This document shows, piece after piece, positions 9,159 through 21,038 of a stretch of DNA of 64,000 nucleotides (positions are counted from its first letter, which is position 1; each line of letters opens with the position of its first letter). The position numbers and the translations under genes are program-made. Source of the DNA: Lophium mytilinum (lineage: Eukaryota); NCBI GenBank assembly GCA_010093605.1, contig MU004187.1, positions 1,726,882 to 1,790,881 on the forward strand, written 5' to 3'. A model generated the notes under the pieces. The model was given only the letters and a program-made list of their open reading frames with translations. It made no database searches and had not been told where the DNA came from.

Positions 9159-10241
9159 TCAACCTAGCAGAGTCTCCGCTAGCCCCTTCGCCTTAGCCTC
9201 CCATCCCAACTTCTTCGCGTTCTTTGCCTCGAACAACATATTGCCAGCCAGATATCTCGCCGTAGTCCCCGCTTCTCCATACGGCACACTTCTAACCTCC
9301 ACCGCACCATTGAGGCCCTGCGCGTATCCCAACTTCACCGCCGCCCTCGAGAATATTTCGCTTATCTCGCTGCTAGTGTGTTTGTTCCCATCAGCAATAT
9401 AAAGATTGCTGTAAACCTCTTCCAGTCCGTATGTATCACTCTGACCGTTGAAGTCATCCCTTGCATCGCGGTCCTTGACTGCCTTGGCATAGACGTGCAG
9501 GATCAAAGAGACCACGTCGTCCACGTGCACGGTGCGGAACACATTGCTTCCCTCTCCCACCTGTGGACTGAAGCCCAGCGTCTGGATGTTCGAGAGCATC
9601 CAACCCGCCCACACGCCCGGGGTATTCCCATACTTCCTCCCCTCCTCGGAATCCGCCAGGAGACCGATGTGGTCTTCACTTGCGCCGTAGACCCCGCACG
9701 GGCAGACGAAATACACGCTCGCCTTGCCGCCGTTCGCGGCGGCCATAAGAACCTCATCGCTGGCGCCGTTGGGAAGGTGCTGCGCGTTGATTCCGCGCAC
9801 GGCGGTGGGGTCGGTGTCGTCGAAGGGGAGCTTTAGTCCGTCCACTTCGCCGGTGGCGTGGTACTCGCCAGTCCGCGTGTTGTCGCTGAAGTTTCCCGTG
9901 CCGGAAAGGTGCAGCAGGATGGCGTTTTTGTTGTTGGTCGACTTGTACTTCTCCAGACCGCGAAGGACGGCCTCGTTGGGGCCCAGGAAGCGCGATGTCG
10001 CTGCGTTGATGACGACGCTGTGTTTGGATACGGTATCTTCAAGCGCGGCTAGCCCTTCTGGGTTTTCAAAATCGCCGTTGGCGATGCTGACGTTGCCTAG
10101 AGAAGCAATGGCTGAGTCCAGTGCATGGGTGCGGAGGAAGACTGTGATAGGAAGATCAGGATACTGCTTGCGCAACACGGTGACGAGGGCGCCGCCGATT
10201 TGGCCGGAGGCACCCATGATGAGAACTGAGTCGGCTGTCAT
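9159..10241 (-). CDS. NAD(P)-binding extended SDR / epimerase-dehydratase family protein
   Basis: VLIMGASGQIGG Rossmann motif, VVINAA, LHLSGTG, VYG, VHVDDV and C-terminal AKKLGW. Confidence 0.85.
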   Translation of the reverse strand: MTADSVLIMGASGQIGGALVTVLRKQYPDLPITVFLRTHALDSAIASLGNVSIANGDFENPEGLAALEDTVSKHSVVINAATSRFLGPNEAVLRGLEKYKSTNNKNAILLHLSGTGNFSDNTRTGEYHATGEVDGLKLPFDDTDPTAVRGINAQHLPNGASDEVLMAAANGGKASVYFVCPCGVYGASEDHIGLLADSEEGRKYGNTPGVWAGWMLSNIQTLGFSPQVGEGSNVFRTVHVDDVVSLILHVYAKAVKDRDARDDFNGQSDTYGLEEVYSNLYIADGNKHTSSEISEIFSRAAVKLGYAQGLNGAVEVRSVPYGEAGTTARYLAGNMLFEAKNAKKLGWEAKAKGLAETLLG

Positions 10242-11248
10242 GATTTCCGATGTTGTTGCTGTCTTGGTGCGGTTATTGAAATTGGGCGGTTGAATGAGAA
10301 GACAAAAGGTCGACGCTTTGATGAAAGTTTGCTTTAAAGCGAGGCTTTCACGCTTCGCAGATCTTTAGAAGTAGATGTAGAGGACAGCTCTCACAAGCAG
10401 AATAGTTGAGAAGGGGGCTTTATAGCATTTTAGGGCACTTACGCACCACGCAACATTGCTCTGATTCGTGATAGTTATGCAGCCGAACGCAGGGTAATCA
10501 CAAGTAAGTAGGGTTAATTCACAATGGCTTACAACTATGCCAGAAACTTCTCCGTTGGTTTTTGACAACCTCAAGATACTGCGTGCCAGCGTACGATTTA
10601 CTCATCTCGTAGTCCCTCCTTCACGGAGGAAGTGGATGACAAACGACTTCCGCCAAGGGCAATTTCCTAAATCGGAAATTTCCACATAGCTGACGAAGCA
10701 TTAGGCGAAAAGCCTCTTGCCTCTGCAAAAGGTTAATTGTGCGCCGATGACATGCTTTCCGTTGATGGGCCAGCGAACGACAAGGAAGAGCGTACAAGAT
10801 GTGATGGATGAAGAAATTTGAAGGTGTTAAAAACTTCGTAGATCGAAGATGAATGCCGAAGACGAAGCGGGTCATATCACCGGCCAGAGTAAACATTTGC
10901 AGCTCCCACCGCATCAAGCGCGCAGCTTGCCAACAGGCGCGTAGGCCGAGCCCTACTAAACGCTGTGCTGAAGTATGCGGACTAGGCCATTGACTTCGAA
11001 AATGTTCCATACCGCTCCGTCTATACCTAGTGAAGTGTTCAGACTATAGCAAATCAAACTCAGTAAGACGCAGTGATCTTCATGTTATCGCTGGGTCACG
11101 TCTGAATGTGTGACTAACTGATAGTGCTTCAAGATGAGGAAACGCTTGCTCTGTCTCAAGACTTAATCAATCTACCGAATCAATGCTAGAATCTAGGTTT
11201 GTGCCGTCTTCCCAACATCTAAAGCTGCGTAAAACAAGATCTCTCCGG

Positions 11249-12936
11249 TTAGCAAGCTGCTCCAGTAGAGCATGATGAGCCGCCTCCTCCAGAGGTAACT
11301 CCAGTGGAGGAGAATGAGCCGGCTACCGCGCCTGAATCCATGGTCGTCCCGGAACTTGGAGATATTTCAGGTTTTATGGTGGCATTAAACTCCATCGTCG
11401 CAGCTACAGCAGGAATGTTATTGACAGCGACATGCGTCCCTTCTCCTGCATAGGAATCGCTGCAGGGAACGGTTCCGGAGTTGAATCCCACCTTGCGGGA
11501 CCATCTTCCACTCCCTCCCTTCCATGGATCTCTAAAATCTCCTCGGTTCCCTGGACTGAACTGCGATGCGCTGTGAAGTTTCTTTTGCGCTTTGCTGAGC
11601 TTCTTCTTGCCGGGAGCCGTGGCGGGGAGTGGTGGGTTGTTCAGATTGCCCATTCCTTTCTCCAAATCGTAGAGCCCGTCAGCCTGCATCAAGGCAACTT
11701 TGTAATGTGCCGGGTCGGAATTGTTCGTCTTCTCATCGTCGATATGCCAAACTACCGACGCGTGTTAGGCAAATGTCTGTCAAAGGGAAGGGGAAGACGT
11801 ACTTAGGAGACCTTCTCCAGGCAAAGATGTATCAAAGCCAACTTGCTGTCGGTTCTCCACTAGGAAGTACTCCTTGCTGCCGGTGTCTCCATCTTTGCTT
11901 AACCGAGTCACAAGTTTGCCTGTTTTCACCTCTTCCAGCTTGATCCAGCCGTTCTTATTAACCATGTCTTGTTGAACCCATCCTTGATTCACCTTGCACC
12001 AAGCAGAAGGATGGCACGGCTTCGAGCCGGCAGGGCTGCCACCCCATGACCCACTACCCATTAAGCACCAGTCACCGACACCTTCGGACGAGCCATCGAT
12101 GTCGTAAAGATCAGGCCACCCAAATAGCGCATGGCCAAGCTCGTGGCTACAGACTCCCATCTGAGCGTCTTCCGGGACCGTAAGAAAAGCGTAGACGTTC
12201 ACATTGTTTACGGGAGTGATTTTCGGAAGGACCCATTTCACGGACCAAATATCGTCTCGGTTCCCGGTCGTCTCCGCACCTTGTCCAGCATGCACAACCA
12301 CGAAAGCATCAACTTGTCCATTGCCATCGTTGTCGTAGAGGTCAAAGTCGATGTCGTTTTTGCAGGCAGAGAGGGCGTCGGCTGCTAGGTTCTGGACGTT
12401 CGGCGTAGTAGAGCTTGCACCGTATTCGCCATTTGCGTAGTGTTGCATTGCACTAGGCATAAGATAAGGGCCAATGACATCTCCGGTCATAGAGACGTTC
12501 CCGGAGCTGGCGTTCGAAAAGTATTCGTATACGCTCCCATCCCAGATTTTGTGGGTTGAGAAGAATAGGTCACGGAAACGGTCCGCGACGCCCTCCCCCA
12601 TACGTTGATCTTCGAACTCGACTAGCACAACGATGCAACTGTTGCGATGGATTAGCAAGCATATATGAGAGAAGCTGGGTAGACGAACTTGACCCTGCCA
12701 CGCAACGGGGCCCGATCCAACGCCTGGTTCACAGGCAAGCTGTTGGATATGGCTGAGCGGAAATCCCTGGGCGGGAAAATCATGCCATCGTTCAGTCCAT
12801 CGATGCGACTAACGGGAATAGTCAAGTGATGTTGAGATCCAGTGCGTTCGGCTAGAACTCGAGCGATGAGATCGGGATGCGGAGCGCAGAAGCAAGGAGT
12901 GTTGTCATTGTGTGTGTGAGATGATTTCGGTGTCAT
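11249..12936 (-). CDS. M6 family (immune inhibitor A-like) metalloprotease, 3 exons
   Basis: GSVYEYF..SSG, YDNDGNGQVDAFVVVHAGQG, HELGHALFGWPDLYD, WCLMGSGSW, HPSAWCK, EYFLVENRQ and WHIDD...QADG. Introns near 12689-12640 and 11802-11752. Confidence 0.9.
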
Positions 12937-15158
12937 TAATTTGTAGGAAATGAAGATGCAGGGAGTTTCCAGAGGCGATTGTAGTGAGCCTGAAAGTTTG
13001 GGAAAGATAGAGATACAGTATTGATAAAGGGTTGGAGGATGAAAGGCTGTTGGTAGTAGGTTGTTATCTACGTGATGTTTTGATCTCGAGCCGTCGGGCA
13101 AGGAGGGTTGGACCTTGTTAGAAAGATTGATCGCTCTAGCCATTATCTAGACGTAGTTTCCCTTTACGTCCGTTCATCGCTCGACTTCTCTTAAGGTCAT
13201 GCCGAATGCCCATTGAATAGGCCGGAGCACACGAGAACCAAACATATAGTGGCAGTTTCTGGATCTGGTTTTGCCTAGTCAAGTTCTCTTTCGCATCCGA
13301 CTTCCTCTGGGAGAGTCGTAGCAGATCCACCACTTTTCCAGTGACAGATCGCACCCAGGCTGCGATCAGCAAAACAGTAAAAGCGCAATGACGCGGCATG
13401 AAGCCCAAAATGCGACAAATCTGGACATCCGCCCGGTTTACAAGAACTAACCTAGTAGCCTGCGAGGGTTACACAAAAGCGCTCCTGTAATATCAAAAGA
13501 TCATCAGATCAGTCCAGCTAGGTGACTCAAGGCGCGTCTTGGAATCATCGCCGTCGTTGACGGCATGTGGAGGTCCTCGTCCTGAAATGGCCCCATGACG
13601 GAAACCCTTGCACCTCCTCGATGTGATTCAAGGCGACGCGACCGTCAAGGCGGTACTCTGCTATCGGGACATGCTGTTCGTTTCCTCAGCCCTCACGGAA
13701 GCACTAGAAACCCCGACTACGAGTTGGTGAACAAGCTTCATAGAGTTGGAATCAAACTTCGGGCTTCACCGATGAGATGCTTGTGTCGCACTTCAAATGG
13801 CAGGAGTGATCGCGAAGCTCTCGGCGTTCGGGAGACACAAAGGGGGCGGCCAGAATATGGTCGGTATGGTTTACCTTGTTCGTAGGTCTTTCTAAGCTGA
13901 TGAGCCTACCGAGTCGGATCAAATGGTATTGTACATCGTCATGGTGGCGTGAGATGAGGAGAAGGCGATCTGACAGTATGTAGAGATGACGTCGGCATGT
14001 TCAAGAACGGGAGCATGAGACATCACCGCTCATGTCTGGGGAGGCTGCTACGCAAAGGACAGAAGCTGATGTTGGGGAAGGTTGAAGCTGAAGGGGATGG
14101 GGCGTTAGATAGGTAAGCTATCCGAAACGGGCTAGACGAAACTGGTCGGATGTGCTTTTGGAGTAAATAACGTCGTATATGTAGAATATTACATTGCGAC
14201 CTCCTGCATCCATAATACTTAAATTCCTTTAGATAGGCAGTGGACTAGTAATTTAGCTGGAAGCCTTGGCCACCTCTCGCCTAGAATAATCGTTGTACGA
14301 AGGTAGTGAGCAGTCAACCTAGTCCCATAGGTAGTTCAACGCGGTCAGAAGCCACAAGTGATAACGCTGCTGATGGCGCTAACTGATACGATGTGAACAT
14401 ATCGGCCTACAAACGTGAAATAAGCTATCGCCATAGTTTATAATCTATGTCGCAAACAGACCATCAAGATAGATGAAATCTTGTGCTGTGTGAACCATAA
14501 GTAGACTGGTGGTTGCCGGATGGAGGTACCGAAGATTACACAAAACCTCGTCGCCTGAGTCTTCCTCCCACCGCCATGCCTCGAGCCATCTGGATTCGCC
14601 GCAACTCAACACACTATTAGCCGCCAGCCGCACCATCATGCCCGCTAAAATACCGGCAACGATGCACCTCCCGGTTCAGAAAGTAGCGTTGGAACATGCC
14701 ACTCGGATGCAGGTACCAACCGCGACTGACAGATTCATTGCCATTTGTTTCACGTCGTCTATTTCCAGCATATTTCCTTTTAGCTCTTTGGGTTGGAACA
14801 CGGCCTCACCGTTCAAGCCGCGTCTATTGGCCCTCTCGCTGGCGTAAGCACAGCCGGTCCAGGCGTTGCTGCAGTGATAAGGCCCCGACGCAGCTTATTC
14901 GAAACCTCACGGTAAGGCGTCCGAAGGCTGAGACCCCGGCCAATAGCATCGAGACGACGTAAGAGTGAGATAGGAACACGTGTAGGCGTGCAGCGTTTAA
15001 CAGAAGCCTTTCCAAGTGCCGGTGCAATCGCCTATGTACCCACACCCTCCTCGCCATCGATATGTCGTCTTGTTTTCCTTCTTTATAGCAAATCTTTATC
15101 TCGTTCCTGCTTGATTCATATCCGCCGTAATCCACGACTGCTTTCGCCATTCTAGACT

Positions 15159-17103
15159 ATGAAGTATACCGAGGCTGTAGACCTTGCTATCATCGGTGCT
15201 GGTACTCTGCTCATTGTGAAGGATGGCTCTTGACGTTGGCTGACCTGAGCAGGTGTCAACGGCCTATCGGTAGCAAAAGCTTACAAAGATGTAAATTCTA
15301 AGGCTACCATCGTGATACTCGACAATCGCTCTACCATCGGAGGCACCTGGTCAAAAGAGGCCTTGTATCCCGGTCTAAAGACCAACAACCACTTCGGATC
15401 TTTCGAATTCAGCGACTTTCCAATGAACAAAGAGGGATTTGGAAACGACTCTCACATACCTGGACAAGTTGTTCACAACTACCTTTATAGCTGGGCGGAG
15501 AAGCACGACTTGCTACGCCTCGTCCGCCTTGGATGTTCTGTACAAAGTGCAGAAGACAAAGATGCAGACGGATGGATATTAAATGTCTCGTTGAATGCTG
15601 ATCAACCTCGGAGATCCATAACAATTGAGGCGAAGCAGCTAGTTGTATCCACCGGACTTACATCTGACCCATTTCTGCCCAAGTATCAAGGCGGCGACGA
15701 GTTCGATGCGCCTATATACCATGCTAGCGAGTTCCCAAAAGCTTACAGGAGCGAGCGCTCGTTTAGGAAAGTCGTTATTCTCGGCGGTAACAAAGTAGGC
15801 TACCATACCTACTTTGAATTCAGTCTCTCTGCTCACGAAAATTACAGTCTTCCTGGGACATCGCTCAAGACTACGCTGCTTCCGGAGTTCAAGTCGAATG
15901 GGTGATTCGAAAGTCGGGACATGGTCCGTGTTGGATGACGAGAAACAGGGTGATGAACACGTTTCTCCCAGAACTTTTCCTTAAAACTCGCTTGGTCACA
16001 TGGTTTAGTCCGTGTATCTGGGGCGAGGTCGATGGGTTTGGGCGCATCCGAAGATTTTTGCATCGAACGTGGCTTGGCCGAAAGATCGTGGATGGGTTTT
16101 TTGGGTAGGTAAAAGTATCGTGTATCCATGTCAACCACTAATACGTCCTGCAGGATCATTCAACGAGCCGTTCTAGCGGAAAACGGATACCAAAGACACC
16201 CTGAAACCGCGAAACTCCGACCGTGGGACGGTATGTTCTTCCAGGGCCTGAATCTTCTTAATTATGGAGAAATCGACTTCTTCCAGCTAGTCCGCAGTGG
16301 TAAGATCAGGGTCCACGTCGCGGACGTCACGCACTTGACGAAGCACACTGTCCACTTGTCGGATGGGAACACTCTTGCAGCTGACATAATGATATGTGGT
16401 ACGGGCTGGAAGGACACCCCTCCCTTCGAATTCATTGGAGCGAAAGAGCTAGGTCTTCCTTGCCATATCTCTGCTAAAACATCGGAAATGGATCACATGG
16501 CGAAGATCGCGGATAAAGAGATCCTCGAAAGATTCCCGAAACTCGCGTCGCAGCCTCCACCACGCACAAACCTAAAGGCAATGGACGGTTCGGACACCGG
16601 TATAAGCCAGCCATGGAGGCTGTATCGGTTTATGGTCCCACCTGCCTATCTCCAGAGCAGAACGCTTGTCTTCGCTGGGATCGTTCGAAGTCCTTCGACA
16701 GCCCTGATCGCTCAGACACAAGCCCTCTGGATCACCGCTTTCTTGACTGGCGGGATCCCCAGCCTGGCAAACCCCGACTCCGCAACTATCGACAGAGTAT
16801 CTTATGAGACTGTGTTACACTCCCAATTTTCCAAATTTCGCTATTCCCGCGGGTTTGGCGACAGGTTTCCAGAGCTCTGGTTCGACTCGTTGCCATATCT
16901 TGATTTACTGATTACCGATCTCGGACTTAAGATACATCGAAAAACTAACTGGTGGAGCGAATGCTTCAAAGGGTACTCACCACAAGACTACATTGGCGTA
17001 AGCAACTTCAAGGGTCCCTTGGGATACCATTCGCTGACATTGAACTCAGCTGGCGGAGGAATGGAAAGAAGCTAGAAGAGTGAGCTCGGAGATCACAGTC
17101 TGA
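15159..17103 (+). CDS. Flavin-containing monooxygenase (FMO-like), 5 exons
   Basis: DLAIIGAG|VNG, IGGTW, FEFSDFPM, STGLTS, FxxxxxH-like FDAPIYHAS, second nucleotide-binding motif VILGGNK|SSWD, and CGTGW. Four canonical introns. Confidence 0.88.
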
Positions 17104-17966
17104 GCAAAGGACCATGTCGTGTTCTGCATCCCAATACTTATCTATCTTGTGAATACCAGAGATGTATTTGAGCCCGAAATGGAGCTCATAGTGTAGCATG
17201 AAACGTTGACAGTACAGAAATGAAAATTTCTTCCCTGTATACGCGATACGCCGCCGCCGTACAGTACCAATGCGCAAGTTCGTGCACACGAACAGCACGC
17301 TACTTCGGCTTTAGTCGGCAGGTTTTAGCATTGTCTAAAGGAAGTCTAATCTCCTCTGCGCTGGCATTCCCATCGTATCTAGTTTTCTAAGAGTTCCTCG
17401 TGTTACCCTAAGCATTATCAAGGAAATAGCCAGACTTGTATTTCGGCACTATACGTATTGCATTCCTTCGGATGGCCGCGGAGCTTCACAACACCCATCT
17501 CTTTCTGGGAGTCAAGCTAATGCAATCCTTGTTATTTCGATCTGTGCGAAGCCCTGACGCTTTCTCTACCACGGGACATGAGTCAGCTGGTTCCGGAAGG
17601 ATTGTCGATTAGGCAAATAGGACCTGCGCATCGTGAAGCGTCTTGCCACTATGAGCACTTCCGCCTTCGGATCCCAACCTGACATACCCTTGTACCTTTG
17701 TGCCTATAAGCTTTTATAATTGAGCAGAGCTAACCTATATAGCTCTAGTATTCTGTGGGACCCGAGATTTGGGAGGCCTAGAAGTAAGCACTTAAATCCT
17801 CCACTGTTGCTAGTAGGACCTCAGACGTCCACGCGTATTTACAATAATGAATCGACAAATGCATCGCGAATAAAGAAATAGAAAGAGTCCTCCTCCCCCT
17901 CTCTTCTACCAGTATCTCCATCTACTATCTCTGCCCACACCGCCCTCCCACCCACATCAGTCCACT

Positions 17967-19591
17967 ATGGACCGCATCCCGCGCTCCCTCCTCCTCCTCG
18001 CCCTCGTCCCCATCGTCTTCCTCGTCCTCCAAAACTACAGCCCAGACAGCCTTCCCCCCAAAACCCATGCCTTACTCTCCTTCATCTTCCCCGCGGGCAC
18101 CACCACCCCGCACCGCTCTCAAACCCCCATTATCATCGCCGGCATGCCCGCCTGGGGCCACCTCGAGAAAGTCTCCGTCATCGCCGCCGACCTCAAGAAG
18201 CGCGGCTACCCCATCACCTTTATTACGGGCGCCGAATTTCGTGACCCCATCACCGCGCTCGGCGTCGGCTTCGTGCCGCTAGACGGCTCGGACCGCATGA
18301 TGAGCGAAGAAGACATGGCGACGTTCTTCGCGATGCCCGCGGGATTAGACGCCGAAGCGTTCGCGATCAAGAACGTATTCATCCGTGCGATCCCGGACCA
18401 TTACAGGACGGTGCAGCGGGTATTTGGGGAGTTCAGAAAGAAACATGGGCGAGGAAAGCCTCTTATTTTCGTGTATGACGGGAGTTTCTTGGGACTCACG
18501 CCAGTTGCTCTAGGAGCCGATGGTATTAAGCCAGACGTATCCATTGGGATCGGGCTCGCGCCGCTTAGTTTGAGAAGTGATGATACGTTCCCATTCAGAT
18601 CGGGGAAGCAGCCGGACACGTCACGTGATGCGGTGAAGATTCATCAGAAGGCGTATGAGGAGCAGGCCGAGGAGCCGTTCTTTAAGGGGATCCATGAGGC
18701 GCTTGTGAAAGAGATGAGGGGATTGGGGGTGGAGCGTGAAGTGCCGTTCTCTATCTTCGAGCTTATGAATTGGACTCCGGATCAGTTGCTTCAGCTCAGT
18801 ATTCCAGAGTTTGAGTATCCCAGGAGCGATATTAGAGCGGGTGTTGAATGGGTTGGCGCGCTGCCTGTGGTTGGGATGGCGGATGCAAAGTTGCCGTCGT
18901 GGTGGGATGATGTGCTGCAGGCGAAGGGGAATGGGAAGAAAGTAATCGCTGTTGTAAGTTGAATGCCCGTACTGACAGACGGATTGAATCACGCTGCTAA
19001 TCTGGTTCAAGACTTCTGGGAGCATCGACAACAATCCCGAAGATTTAATTTTGCCGACGCTCGAGGCTTTGAAGGATAGAATCGATGTTCTTGTAATCGC
19101 CACCCTAGTAGCCAGCGATGGTGATGGCTTGGAAGAAAGAGTACCAGTGAATGCACGAATGGCAAAGTTCATTCCATACGATATGTTGCTCCCATACGTA
19201 AGTGATGCTCTTCTATGTCTCATGTGGACTCATTTCGCTGCTCTTCCGTAACCCTTAATTTCTGACACTATGCCTCCAGGTCGATGTGCTTGTCTCGAAC
19301 GGAGGGTACGGAACAGTTCAACAGGCTCTTCGTGCCGGTGTACCCATGGTTCTATCAGGTGTGGGGCAGGACAAGGCGCAGACTGGCGGCGTCGCAGCTT
19401 GGGCGGGTGTTGCTATCGACTTGCAGTCACGAAGCCCAGGAGTTGAGAAGCTAAGGAAAGCTATACATGAACTTCTCGAGAACAAGAAGTACGCGAGTCG
19501 CGCATCGGAGCTTGCAGCCAATTACGACAACTACGACACGCTCAAAGCCTTCGATAACGCCATTCAAGACGCGGTAAAGAGATTAAGGTGA
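17967..19591 (+). CDS. UDP-glycosyltransferase (GT1) with N-terminal hydrophobic anchor, 3 exons
   Basis: PAWGH catalytic His motif, EFEYPRSD, LPSWWDDV, FIPYD.LLP and LVSNGGYGTVQQALRAGVPMV...DK (UGT signature region). Confidence 0.9.
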
Positions 19592-19701
19592 AATAAGTCG
19601 TAAGACTGTGTGGAGGTTAGGCTGGCTCGAAGCTCGTTGGTGTCTGTAAAAGAATCCAGATTAGATAGCCCACGCTTACCACCACTCAAACCGCCAATCG
19701 A

Positions 19702-20435
19702 TCAACCTTTAGCATCACCACCTACTCCAGGCACCCCCGGCGTCTTGTACTCCTTTTCAAACCTCCTCCAAACTTCCTGCCTCTCCGCCACCGCCACCAT
19801 CCTCTGCCACCGAACAACTATCCCCAGCGCTACCATTTCCTTCTCCACTTCCACACTAATTGTCTCAACCGGCTTCCAGTTCGCGTTCTTAGCCCACATC
19901 GACCCGCTCTTGAGCCTAATCTTCCACTTGTCTCGCACTAGGATGCAGCACTCCCTGCTCGTTCTCAACCGGACTCCATTGCCCTGCCAGCTACTGTTTC
20001 CTCTTGTCTCAACGACGTCGACGATGATGCCGGGGAATGGGCAGTCTTCTGGGGTTGAGTAGCGGGTAAGGATGAGATTTATGCGGGGTGCGGTGCGAAG
20101 GTTTGTTGATATGGCAGCAGAGGCGTTTGCGATGGGCTAGGAGTTGTTAGCAATGCCATACCAACTCATATGATGGCTTGTGACCCTACAGCGTGAACAT
20201 CGTAGCGCGGTAGCTTGCGACGGTTGATTTGGTTGTAGGCTTTGTTCAGTGCTTCGGAGTCACTTTGGGCGTAGATTGGAAATAGCGGTAGGTCTTTTAT
20301 GTGGCCGTATGGATCTTGTTTCGGCGTTGGTTGTTCCTGCGATGTTTGTTGAACTGGTGCCGGTTGGTATTCATATTGGTTTGGTTGTTGAGCAGGAGCG
20401 TTCATCGATAGTGACTGCAGCTGAGCTCGATCCAT
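19702..20435 (-). CDS. Hypothetical protein, 2 exons (~225 aa)
   Basis: An intron gtaggg...gctaac...ctag (~20189-20137) joins the Q/P-rich ORF 20166-20435 in frame to an open frame ending at 19702. Confidence 0.55.
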
Positions 20436-21038
20436 GTTGTCGTTTTTGAAGTATGCCGAGTTGATGAGATTGTTTTGTTTTCACTCATCCGAACGAAGAT
20501 GATACAGGTACGACTAGACGATAGATACGATGTTGGTAGATCGAAATCGGCTTGGAATACTTTAATATGTGTATTTCACTTCTCGTTCCCCTCTACAAGT
20601 TTCACAGTCGGTGCAGCCCTCTCCCGTCTTATGTCCCGCACCACCACACCTCACATCTATGATATTGCTTTCCCCTCCTGATTTGCGGATACGGCATCTT
20701 CCATGGTTGACTTCACGGTCCAGGCTTTCTGAAGAGATGTTTTCGCTTGCACCCGTATGTGATTGGCCGCCATAGCCGCCACCATACTCAGCTCGATCGA
20801 AGTCAAGCAATAAAGTTCGTTGCCAAGTCGTTGCCAAGTGTTGAGGGCTGAGGTGGCATGGATCACCAGATTCGGATTTCTCAAGCTGGGTCGGCTGAGT
20901 GTCCACTGCTTTCCCCTTGCTTAAAGATGGCGTTTTGGTAGGAAAAGATTCCGCTGCAGGCTGCTCCTACATCAGCTGCTTCATGCTCATTATCGAATAA
21001 CTTCGGTCCTTGCGGATCAAAACAGTTTGCTTGGCGAA

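Noticed and set aside
8899..9162. ORF with SNG repeats
   Set aside because: It has a non-ATG start overlapping the epimerase stop and is explained by a 9-bp minisatellite in the probable 3' UTR.
20562..20906. 114-aa minus-strand ORF
   Set aside because: It has a non-ATG start, no motif or codon bias, and lies in a divergent promoter region.
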